Shown piece by piece: positions 13,101-21,559 of a DNA stretch of 64,000 nt. The stretch is taken from contig OZ076415.1 of the NCBI GenBank assembly GCA_964187785.1, forward strand, positions 8,928,001 to 8,992,000. Reading direction: 5' to 3'. Numbering within the stretch: the stretch's first letter is position 1; each line of letters begins with the position of its first letter. This stretch comes from Amphiscolops sp. MND2022 (Eukaryota). Below the pieces are notes generated by a model, which worked only from the letters and a program-made list of their open reading frames with translations, made no database searches and was not told the origin of the DNA. The position numbers and the translations under genes are program-made.

Positions 13101-15352
13101 GTGGTCTCGATTGGGACCAACCATTGCCAGACGACATCATGAATACATGGACAGACTTACGAGCTGGTCTTTCTGTGATCCAAGGCATTAAAATCCCTAG
13201 AGCAGTCATCGCTGGGAACTTGGTGAAGTTACAACTTCATGTCTTTTGTGATGCTTCTGAGAAGGCATATGCAGCAGTCATCTATTCACGAGCTAGTGAC
13301 CAATTGGGTTATGTGACGGTGTCAATTTTGTCGTCGAAAACCCGAGTTGCTCCAGTAAAAACAGTTTCATTACCAAGACTTGAGCTCTGTGGAGCTGAAG
13401 TTGCAGCCAAACTAGCTTCTAGCATGACGAGAATTCTTCAAGTCGTCCAACATGAAATTACACTCCATGCTTGGACTGACTCTACAATCGTCTTACAGTG
13501 GATAGCTCAGCTACCAAGAACATGGTCAACCTTTGTGGCCAATCGTGTCGCTAAGATCCAGGAAGTTCTGCCAAGATCAAGATGGAAGCACGTCCCATCA
13601 CTAGAGAATCCTGCCGATTTAGCATCACGTGGTTGCAGTGCCTCGCACCTAGCACAGTCAAATCTCTGGTGGACTGGCCCACACTGGCTTCACGATGATC
13701 AATCTTCATGGCCAGACACAGCCCCACCAGAGGAGGAGCCACTAGAAAGAAGAACAAACATTCATGTTCTGACAGTAGTCAAAGAGCCAGATAACAAACT
13801 CATTTCGGTTGAAAGACTCAACGACATACGGAAAGTGTTTCGCATCGTTGCATATGTGATACATTTCGTGCAAAGACTCCAAAGAAAAACAAAGACAGAT
13901 CCATTGCATCCAGACAAGGTGAATCAAGCCAAATTTCATATTCTACCCATCGATCAACAAGAAAATTTTCCAACAGAGTACAAGCAACTGAAGGAGAAGC
14001 AGAGCCTCCTGAAGAAGAATCAGCTACAGAATTTGGCTCCTTTCTTTGATCCAGACTACAACGTCATCAGAGTCGGAGGTCGGCTCAGTCAATCACTCTA
14101 CAGCGAAAGCAAGAAGTTTCCTCTCCTAGTATCAAAGAATTCAAAGCTTGTCAATCTCATTATTCGACAATTTCATGAAGCCTCGCTTCATGGAGGAGGA
14201 CAGTTAACACTGAATCTCATCAGACAAGAATACTGGATTACTCAAGCAAAACCTCTAGTAAACAACTTCATCAAACATTGCCTCACTTGCTTCAGATTCA
14301 ACTTTTCCCCACCAGTACAACTTATGGGAGATCTTCCCACCGAGCGAATCACACCCTCCAGACCTTTCACGCATACTGGCTTGGACTTCGCTGGACACTT
14401 TTGGGTAAAGATCGCTGCAGCAGACGAAATCAAAGAGGTCAAATACTACATCGCAGTGTTCGTGTGTCTGAGTACCAAGGCTGTTCATCTTGAGTCCGTA
14501 GCGAGTCTCGCCAAAGAAGATTGTATCTTCGCATTGAATCGATTTATCGCTCGTCGTGGAATGCCATCAAAGATTTTAAGCGATAATGGAACCAACTTCC
14601 TAGGCGCGAGAAGTGACCTGATAAAAATAGAAGCACTTCTGAACAAAGATGATAAAAATCATTCGATCATCAACTTCGTCACCGAGAAAAATTGCGAATG
14701 GATCACAATCCCCCCGCGTGCTCCGCATTTCGGTGGGCTATGGGAAGCTGCAGTTAAGAGCATGAAGAGACATCTCAGACGTGTTGTGGGAACACAAATA
14801 TTGCAACTCGACGAATTCCAGACAATCATGGCTCAAATCGAAGCAGTCCTAAATTCAAGACCTTTGTGCGCACTCTCTAATGATCCCAATGATCCAATCG
14901 CCTTGACTCCCGCTCACTTTTTGATCGGCGACAATATGCTCTCGATGCCCTCTGGATCAACCCGTTCAATAACGATGACCAAAAGGTACAAGTTGATGAA
15001 GAAAATTCAAGATGACTTTTGGAAGTTCTGGAAAAGAGACTATTTAACAGAATTACAAGTCCGGAAGAAATGGTTTCAAAACGGTCCTGAAATTAGTGTA
15101 GGTGACCTAGTACTTCTCGCAGAGGACAATCAGCCCCCTCTCCATTGGAAAACTGGCAGAGTGACAGAAGTTTATGAAGGCAATGAAAATGTTGTGAGAG
15201 TCTGTAAAGTTAAGACACCCACAACAACTGTGATAAGACCCGTGGTCAAGTTACGCAAGCTTCCAGTTGAGCCGCTAGTTAATACGGGACAGTCTGGGTC
15301 AACATCAGTGCCTCAAAACGGCATACTTCTGGGAGAATGCATCAAAACGTGA
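10154..15352 (+). CDS. Bel/Pao Gag-Pro-RT-RNaseH-Integrase polyprotein, 1732 aa
   Basis: Gag KLPKITLPTFSGKYSEW; triple Cys/His cluster (CPKCSENH..C, CFNCLRTGH..C, CRICRKRHNTLLH); protease LLDSGS; RT FYVDDF; RH FCDASEKAY; IN zinc finger HEASLHGG..CLTC and catalytic GLDFAG / SDNGTNF / LWEAAVK. Confidence 0.97.
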   Translation: MADILQRTRAGHISVVTCQENNTKQIFEKDPSSVSSLELSKLKFSLKRCKEQQEKINTLNQEILQGLETAEVTDDAIQREHDRINTNDFKVGSFIQMLEDFIEKIETPVADADDADDRSLTHSGSRNVSLKLPKITLPTFSGKYSEWTPFFDLFQNTVDSNRSLNDIQKLQYLKTSLKDQPARLLSHLPTTSANYDVALRILKERYDNKRMIIRSHLDAIVKFSPMQHESADQLRKLITVFMENSLALTALGEDVDAADYIWVYLLAEKLDSETRRQWELHSPSDKRQTADDLLKFLEERARALDFSMPKNTDTAKAKDTARFKDKGNVQVYHSQATTKCPKCSENHGIFNCGDFNSLSIEDRVQFVKNNKLCFNCLRTGHSSKDCKSKSGCRICRKRHNTLLHRPLALKKEEVTPQSCLGHGGYTSCSVTLLPTAVVQVKTLKDKVVSVRALLDSGSQTTCITAKCRDRLGLQPRQADICVTGIGGNISAKSAAIVGLQIVTPRQEEIATTAVVLNEVTKALPSYQVNDKSLDAVKDLKWADPDFKTPGEIDVILGGDIYEQIVGEEKRAITKELFARNTAFGWVVSGKVSQGNPTVVQTFHVTLDDQLTRFWELEEIPQKANLMTDDEKACERLFEETILVKDNRFIVQLPFRTPVVLGDSLEQAKKRFSYLERRLDAKPDLRKRYQAFIQEFFDNDHIEEVPSDKVECAPDQCYYLPHHCVFKEDSTTTKLRVVFDGSAKTTNGISINEAMMVGPVVQDDLFSIITRFRFYKVALSADIEKMYRQVGLKEDHRDFHRLLWRNTSQDPLKHLRLTRIIYGVSCSAHLSTRCLTETANRTQKPHVADALRQAFYVDDFLGGADSLEEAQQLIQDLRDELSNYGFPLRKWSSSDPELIKSLPAHLRAENDDLKLFAEDYKVKALGIFWQPNLDQFVFKCSLEERKELTKRNLLSSTSKLFDPLGWLSPIIIQFKILMQQIWVRGLDWDQPLPDDIMNTWTDLRAGLSVIQGIKIPRAVIAGNLVKLQLHVFCDASEKAYAAVIYSRASDQLGYVTVSILSSKTRVAPVKTVSLPRLELCGAEVAAKLASSMTRILQVVQHEITLHAWTDSTIVLQWIAQLPRTWSTFVANRVAKIQEVLPRSRWKHVPSLENPADLASRGCSASHLAQSNLWWTGPHWLHDDQSSWPDTAPPEEEPLERRTNIHVLTVVKEPDNKLISVERLNDIRKVFRIVAYVIHFVQRLQRKTKTDPLHPDKVNQAKFHILPIDQQENFPTEYKQLKEKQSLLKKNQLQNLAPFFDPDYNVIRVGGRLSQSLYSESKKFPLLVSKNSKLVNLIIRQFHEASLHGGGQLTLNLIRQEYWITQAKPLVNNFIKHCLTCFRFNFSPPVQLMGDLPTERITPSRPFTHTGLDFAGHFWVKIAAADEIKEVKYYIAVFVCLSTKAVHLESVASLAKEDCIFALNRFIARRGMPSKILSDNGTNFLGARSDLIKIEALLNKDDKNHSIINFVTEKNCEWITIPPRAPHFGGLWEAAVKSMKRHLRRVVGTQILQLDEFQTIMAQIEAVLNSRPLCALSNDPNDPIALTPAHFLIGDNMLSMPSGSTRSITMTKRYKLMKKIQDDFWKFWKRDYLTELQVRKKWFQNGPEISVGDLVLLAEDNQPPLHWKTGRVTEVYEGNENVVRVCKVKTPTTTVIRPVVKLRKLPVEPLVNTGQSGSTSVPQNGILLGECIKT

Positions 15353-15379
15353 TTTGGGTCCTCTTTTTGAACGCAAACA

Positions 15380-15402
15380 AAGTGTATCCCCCATGACCCA
15401 AA
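15380..15402 (+). other. 3'-UTR element perfectly complementary (23/23) to 11410-11432 in the same element; second copy at 15557-15577
   Basis: AAGTGTATCCCCCATGACCCAAA is the reverse complement of TTTGGGTCATGGGGGATACACTT. Confidence 0.9.
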
Positions 15403-15845
15403 TCAGATCCCACGCATAAAAATTCAACGGAATGCTTACCTATCATTTTCTCGTGCCTCCAGTGCAAGCTCGACCCCTACGAAAGAGTATTATGCACGTT
15501 GTGATTACTCTTTTTGTCGTCATTTTGAATATTTCACCTCAATATATTCAGGCACAAAGTGTATCCCCAGTGACCCATTTGAAGTTTTCTACAGAAAAAT
15601 CATCCTAATCGACTTCCGTGATGTCCATTGTGAAAACATTACGACTCATTACACCCTTGAATTGAATTATCAATTGACTTATGTTCATTTGCTTACAATA
15701 GTAATGGATTATCAGTTTCGGTAATCTATTACCTCAAGTTTATAGTTGTTTGTTATATTGAACTCCGAAGCATTCAGTATTCACTATCGCATCCTATAGC
15801 ATTATGCTCTCCCACGGATATAGAATTGATTATACTAACTCACGA

Positions 15846-16457
15846 CTACAAAGCATCACTTCTCCTCATTCCAACTCTCCCTCTTCTTGAGGCCTTGAGT
15901 CGCTGCTCTTCGACACGTCTCGGGTCTGTGGACAACTCCAGGTACCACATAGAACACACTTGACTCTCATGGGGTTTCGTCCATGTCAACACTAGATTAC
16001 ACCATCCATAAGGCAGATACAGAGTGTTAGTGCCATCTAGAACACCAAAGAAGATTTGACTCTTCTGTCGTTTGGAAAGACCTCGAAGAAACTGCACTGT
16101 GTCTGTGAATCCTTTCTCCGAATCGTCATCCCCACACAACCCCTGCAGTAGAGCCCCGCAGTTGCCAGCTGGACACAGGAGCCACAGCTTCTCTCCTCCT
16201 GTCAGGCAATTCAGAGCATCGGCTTCATCATCCAAATCATAGTGAAAAGTTTTCACCGAAGTTCTCTCAACTTGAATGATTTTGACTGGATGTTCCACTG
16301 CTCCTGGCCATGAATGTGAGGCAGATCCGCTCCTCAACTGAACTCCTCCCCTGGTGCGGCTAGGAAGCTCCGCACAGTTCCTGCCACTACTACCTTCAGT
16401 GAAGAGTGACTCATATCCACCCACAGACTCAATGTCTTTGAGTGACATCAGTTGATT
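15846..16457 (-). CDS. Antisense cargo gene, coding exon 2: JmjC/cupin-like 2OG-Fe(II) oxygenase domain
   Basis: TFHYD...LN.LTGGEKLWLLCP and TLYLPYGWCNLVL align by eye with the JMJD6/KDM2-type patterns HxD...N...G.K.W.L.P and T.F.P.GWWH.V. Open frame with no stops. Confidence 0.7.
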   Translation of the reverse strand, partial: NQLMSLKDIESVGGYESLFTEGSSGRNCAELPSRTRGGVQLRSGSASHSWPGAVEHPVKIIQVERTSVKTFHYDLDDEADALNCLTGGEKLWLLCPAGNCGALLQGLCGDDDSEKGFTDTVQFLRGLSKRQKSQIFFGVLDGTNTLYLPYGWCNLVLTWTKPHESQVCSMWYLELSTDPRRVEEQRLKASRRGRVGMRRSDAL

Positions 16458-16530
16458 CTAAAAGACACAATCAACATATCAATTAGGTTGATGCAATATT
16501 ATCTTCAGCCAACTCATAGTCAATACCCAC
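16458..16530 (-). other. Predicted 73-nt GT-AG intron of the antisense gene
   Basis: Donor ATG|GTGGGT, branch-like CTAAT (16486-16482) and acceptor TTGTGTCTTTTAG|. Phase-0 splicing removes the stop of ORF 16483-16821 and joins it in frame to ORF 15846-16448. Confidence 0.65.
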
Positions 16531-16821
16531 CATTGCATGCTTGGGAAGTGTCACAAGTTGGCCCTCAAGCAGTGCAGCCATTCCTCGGTCGCTTTGAACC
16601 TGTTGGCAAGTCCTCTTCTCAAGTGCCCTCAATCCCAGTCTCCCACTGATAACCTCTTGCCAGAATTCACCTGGTGACTCAGTTCTTCCTGAAGCACCCC
16701 TCGTTCCTCCTCTGATTTCTCCATAACGAGGGAGCCTCGATGCTCTACCCGTCCTTGACCTGCTTTTCTCCTCCCTCCTTACTGTCACAACCAAATCTTC
16801 AAATTCGTCACTGGAGCTCAT
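16531..16821 (-). CDS. Antisense cargo gene, coding exon 1 (97 aa, Arg/Ser/Gly-rich basic N-terminus)
   Basis: ATG at 16821 is preceded by an acceptor-like CTTTAATTTTCAG| (AG at 16829-16828). The spliced product would be 300 aa. Confidence 0.6.
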
Positions 16822-16854
16822 AACAATCTGAAAATTAAAGTATAAATATACTTC

Positions 16855-16867
16855 AAGGGGCCCAGGA
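16855..16867 (+). promoter_or_regulatory. Polypurine tract-like site of the Bel/Pao element
   Basis: AAGGGGCCCAGGA immediately precedes the 3' LTR. Confidence 0.6.
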
Positions 16868-17083
16868 TGTTGAGAGAACTAAACAAAATTCTCAATCGAC
16901 ATGATATTAACAACTCAATTCGTTCATGAACTAATCATACTTCAATTGACTTTTACAATGCTATTCAATTTCTTTGTTTGTTCACACTTTTGTCAATTCT
17001 CACGAAATAAAGTTGAGTTCTACTTATTCCCGCTTTTCTAGCAAACAGAAAACAAATTGATTAAACAACTTTATTGAGAAACA
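16868..17083 (+). repeat. 3' LTR of the Bel/Pao element (216 bp)
   Basis: Matches 9907-10119 with one 3-bp insertion (ATATTAACAACTC vs ATATTAACTC). Confidence 0.97.
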
Positions 17084-17659
17084 CCCATTAATTTATACAT
17101 GTAATACGCAGTATGTTAATTTTTTTGTTATTGCTCGTTATTGCGCACATAGTCCCCAAATGGTCCCACATAGTCCCCAAAGGCTGCCACAAAGTCCCAT
17201 GAGAGTCAACTGTAGACTCCTTGAGGTGATGGGTTCAAAGTATATTATAGTTTGATGCTAAAGATGAAACTTTATGAGATGATATTCAATTGGTTGAGGT
17301 GATAAAATAGTTTTATTTTTTTCATCTGTTTTTGTCGAATATTAATTTCATAGACTTCCCGAAAGGAAATCTCAGTAGTTACATGGTTAAATGGAACATT
17401 GAAACGAACTGTTTTACATTTGACAAAAAGTAGTCGAATATAATGAAAAGAATTCCAGTTAAACGATTCTTTCCATTTTTTTCGTCGGCGCTTTATGAAA
17501 TGAAACACGACTATTATAGCGACTCTTCTTTTCAATCCACACGAACTGACCAAAATAGTTTTTAAAAGTTCTACCAAATATTATGGTGTCAAATTGCACC
17601 ATTTGGCCTAGCGAACTGGTCCAAAACGGTTTTTCCTGTTTTCCCGCGCAACATACCAT

Positions 17660-18056
17660 ACCTTGCAAGACCAAAGGGTCCCCCTTTCAATTCAAAATTA
17701 AAATTAAACACCCCTTCATTTTTTTGATGCTTTGCGACAGAATGGATGTTGAAAAACGCCAAAAGGTTCCCCCTTTCAGTTTGTCGGCATTGTGAGACTT
17801 TTTTTCAAAACTTTTGTTTTTTCTCCAAAGGGCCCCCCTTCAACTGCGACAAAAATGTTGACAATTTCGAAAGTGTCATCGTTTTAGTGCGCCAGAGGCT
17901 CGCGCTAGCGGGCCCGGCGCGCCACTCGGTCCATTTTTTTGGTTTTTTGAGTTTCGAGTTTTCGAGTACTTTAAAAGAGAATACTTGACACTTGGAAGTC
18001 CTTTTGCTATTTTTGAACCTTGGATATGGGGCCGACTTGTGCCTTCTCGGCTTGTT
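17660..18056 (+). repeat. Interspersed repeat family B
   Basis: Repeated AAAGG(G/T)(T/C)CCCC boxes and terminal GAACCTTGGATATGGGGCCGACTTGTGCCTTCTCGGCTTGTT. Confidence 0.7.
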
Positions 18057-19189
18057 TCTCTTTTTTTTCAACTCGGTCGAAATGACCATACCATGCCGAC
18101 TGCCAAATTTTTACGAAATTCCTACAAAACAGTGCAAACAGTCCATTTCAAGTTTTGACGAAATCATTTCAAATAAACAAAAGATTTGACGGTTATTTTT
18201 TGGTTAATTTTCAATAGTGTGAAACTTCCTTTTCCAAGGAAGTTTCCTAAATTTCCAAAAAGGTTCCTCCAATACATTTTTCGGCACCGTGTGGCATGTT
18301 TAGGAAATTTTCGTTTCAAAAATGGTTCTCACTTTTCTGATGCTCCAGGTGAAAAAAGAAACAGAAAAGTTTTGGATTTCTGATGTTTCTGGTGAGAATA
18401 AAAATAGGCTGGCTCCGGACTTTGCGCCGAAACTTTGCACGTCTCTATCCTTGGATGCCTTTCAGATGTTAGGGTCACTTTGACCCAAATTCGATACCAG
18501 TGGGGAAAAAAGGGCCAAAAACGAAAACTGGAAAAACGGAAAATCTGCGCTCAATTTTTGTTTTGATTTGTTGGTACCATTTCTCGATTTCAGAGACAGC
18601 ATGTCAATATTCCGTGAAAAGTCACGCAACGCTATGTAAACTTGTCTGAAAATCTTTTTCTAGAGTTTTCTTTACCATACAGTCAGCTAGTTCGTTTAGA
18701 AGTTCGTAGAAACTAACTGGTACGAATTCGTACCAATGGTCTAGTTAAGGTTAAAGCTTTGAAATTCTTTCGCTGTTTTTGAGCCTAAAGCTGGGCGTCG
18801 ACTTATGCAATCCACTACGCCAAACTGACCTTTTTTATCAAAGAAGTCTTGTTAACATTACTACGCTACAACCTCCTGAGCAATTTTGACAAAAAAATTA
18901 TCACAACTATCTTTTTTATAGCAGTTTTCAATGATCGGTTCCATAACCGAAACCAGGTTATGCTGATACATTACAAATGCTATACACATGCTATTTATGA
19001 TTGGGCGAGTATAAATAGCAATGAATCATATAAACAATTTAAAAAAAGAACAATGGATAGTTTCAAAACCAGAAGAACAATGTTCGAAAATCAACAGAAA
19101 TCCAAAAAAGTGCTATAGTTCCAAATACAAATATTTAATTGAGAGAAAAGAATATTGTACTCTCGTGTTAGTAGATTTCACAACCCGAA

Positions 19190-19640
19190 GGAGGGTTTCC
19201 TGATCTCGTTTTACTGGGGGAACAATTTGTGACAGTGATTCAAAAATAGGACATACTCTTCCAATCATCTAATCCAGCAAATGCACGTTTCAGAGTGAAC
19301 GCATTTGTTTTTGCTCAACTGCGTTTTTACAGTCGATACACTGTACCGTACACGATAATTTGTGTACATGGTGCCTATGAGCTGAAGGAAAATACACGAA
19401 CAACACGATACATGGATTTCCTTACAACACCAGTCAATTCACTTCAATGGGAAGTCTGGCATCCTTGGGGCTGAAGTTGCAACTTTACCGTTGTAAAAAA
19501 TTATGCAGTTTGACTAGATAAAGCTCAAAATTATTCTGAATGTATTGATACATTAAAATCATACAAGCTCACTTGAATCTGTTCTGCAAAGACAGTATGC
19601 ACGAATAATAGTGCTTCGATGATTTGTGCAAAAATAACTC
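19190..19640. repeat. Diverged duplicate of 20700-21082 (decayed coding-like remnant on the minus strand, possibly gag-like)
   Basis: GACAGTGATTCAAAAATAGGACATACTCTTCCAATCATC and long following stretches occur in both copies. Frames are interrupted by stops. Confidence 0.75.
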
Positions 19641-19864
19641 GTGTGAATTTTACTTCTGCCAATCGAGAGCTGTAGCAGTCGTTGTTAAATTTGCAAGACG
19701 TTTTCTGTTTTTAGTCGGCGCTTTTTTAGTGAAAAGTGCCCGACTTTTACAGTGGCTAGTTTTTTTTCTTTTTTTTTTCGTCAGACAACAGAGCTCATCG
19801 CGTATGTACCACTTTTTACAGAAACTGATAAAACTACTCAGGCCAAGTCCGGTCAATGCAAACT

Positions 19865-20199
19865 TAGTGCAAAGGGTCCCCCTTTCATTTTTAACCTTTT
19901 TTACGTAACCTACAAAACCAGAAGAGACTAAAGGGTCCCCCCTTTCAATTTTTCCGGCACAGTGCGACTTCTTTTCGAAAATTTTTTAATGTCTCAAAAG
20001 AGTCCCCATTTTGAGTTTTTTGATATTTTGCAACGGAATATATGTTAATAAAGCCCAAAGATTCCCCCTTTTACATTTTTTGGCACTATGCGACATTTTC
20101 TAAAAGAAAAAAATCAAAAATTTCAAGTTTTTTTTTTAAAAAGTCTTGCGCTTTTTGAGCCTTAGACATAGCGCCGACTTTAGACGTTCCCGTCTTGTT
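19865..20199 (+). repeat. Interspersed repeat family B
   Basis: AACCTACAAAACCAGAAGAGACTAAAGGGTCCCCC ... GAGCCTTAGACATAGCGCCGACTTTAGACGTTCCCGTCTTGTT. Confidence 0.7.
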
Positions 20200-20699
20200 G
20201 ATGATCAAATTTTCCAATTTGCGGACATTTTCTAGAGCTTTGTGCAATCTGTAGTCCTTTATAGTCTCCCACCAAGGTCTTCTTGCGCAAGTCTGGGGTC
20301 GGGAATCAACTGGAAGCACCTTTTTCCGATGACAACTTTATAGCGTGAACTTCCGCTTCAGATAAGACTTTTTCCAGTTGCTCAATATTTGCTCAATCTG
20401 TGGCTATTGTTTTTTTTTCGAAATCGCACACATTTGTTACTAATGGGAGTTTAATTTTCCGCAGCTGGGGGTTCTATCGGGCTAAGGGTTGTGTTAGTTG
20501 GGCTACAAGGGTTGTCCTCTTTGACCAAAGTGATGTGGTAGCGGGTCGGTCAACTTGTGTTATTCTCTCGTGGGCGAGTATAGCCTCACCGTAAACGAGC
20601 AAACACTTTCTATCAATTTCCGATACAAGTACAAACATTTAATTACGAGAAAAGAATAGTGTACGCTCGTGTTGGTAAGTTCCACCGACTAAAAGAGGT

Positions 20700-21082
20700 T
20701 CCCGGTTTCCAGATCTCGTTTCGACTGGGTGGACAATTTTTGACAGTGATTCAAAAATAGGACATACTCTTCCAATCATCTACTCCAAATGTACGTTTCA
20801 GAGTGAACTCATTTGTTTTTGCTCAACTGCGTTTTTGCAGTCGATACACTGTATCGTACACAAAAAGTTTAGGTATACGATACCGATGCACTGAGGGGAA
20901 ATACACGAACAACACGATACATGGCTTTCCTTACAACACGAGTCAATTCACTTATGGGAAGACTGGCATCCTTGGGGCGGCTGAAGTTGTAGCTTTAACG
21001 TTCTGAAAAAATATGCAAATTGACTAGATGAAGCTCAAAATTAATCTGAACGTATTGATATATATCATATAAACTCACTTGA
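20700..21082. repeat. Diverged duplicate of 19190-19640
   Basis: Direct sequence similarity as described for 19190-19640. Confidence 0.75.
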
Positions 21083-21559
21083 ATATTGGATTCAAGGTCT
21101 ACCGCCGTCCCCGTTTTGCCCATTTGTTCCATCTTGTGTTCACAAAAAGAGGGTAGCACGAGTAGCGTAGAACGTTCAAGGCGCAGAACGTGATGATTAA
21201 CTTACTAATCACTGCGAAGCTTGTTTCTAGCGCCAAACCCTTTTTGTTCACACGAATCGCATAGCCTGTGGCTGGAGAAAACAGAGAGTAAAGTGTAGTA
21301 TATCTTAGTAACCTTCCAAAGTAGTACTTCAAAAAAAGGACAGAAATCTCGAAAAATTTCCTTCAACTATTGTAGACGAAAACTTTTTGTTCTAGTTAGT
21401 AGTGTCGACCACTCATCCATTTGTGGACCTTTTCCACAAGGCCTTTACCTAGTGAGGCAAGAGATGAGATGCTACAACACAATACTGGCGTGCAAGAAAC
21501 TCAGGGGGAAGCTTGAATAGACGAAATGGCCTCCCTGGTAGTTGCCTTTGGCACAACCC

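Larger units (their letters stand above)
9907..17083 (+). mobile_element. Full-length, intact Bel/Pao LTR retrotransposon (7177 bp)
   Basis: Paired TGTT...AACA LTRs, PBS, PPT-like tract and one uninterrupted 1732-aa gag-pro-RT-RH-IN ORF. Confidence 0.97.

Noticed and set aside
10271-14493. Short ORFs overlapping the Bel/Pao polyprotein on other frames or strand
   Set aside because: Shadow ORFs of a long coding region with no independent motifs. The stop of 11416-11715 at the duplex site looks coincidental.
15492-15608. 38-aa micro-ORF MHVVITLFVV... resembling a signal peptide or env remnant
   Set aside because: Too short, with no downstream ectodomain. It overlaps the structured UTR, and hydrophobicity is expected from T-rich sequence.
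16483-16821. 112-aa ORF as a stand-alone gene
   Set aside because: Its last 15 codons and stop fall inside a well-formed intron that joins it in frame to the JmjC-like ORF, so it is treated as exon 1.
21099-21332. 77-aa minus-strand ORF that looks like a membrane-protein exon
   Set aside because: No recognisable family motif or clear splice sites, and it is on the opposite strand to the ABCG exon.
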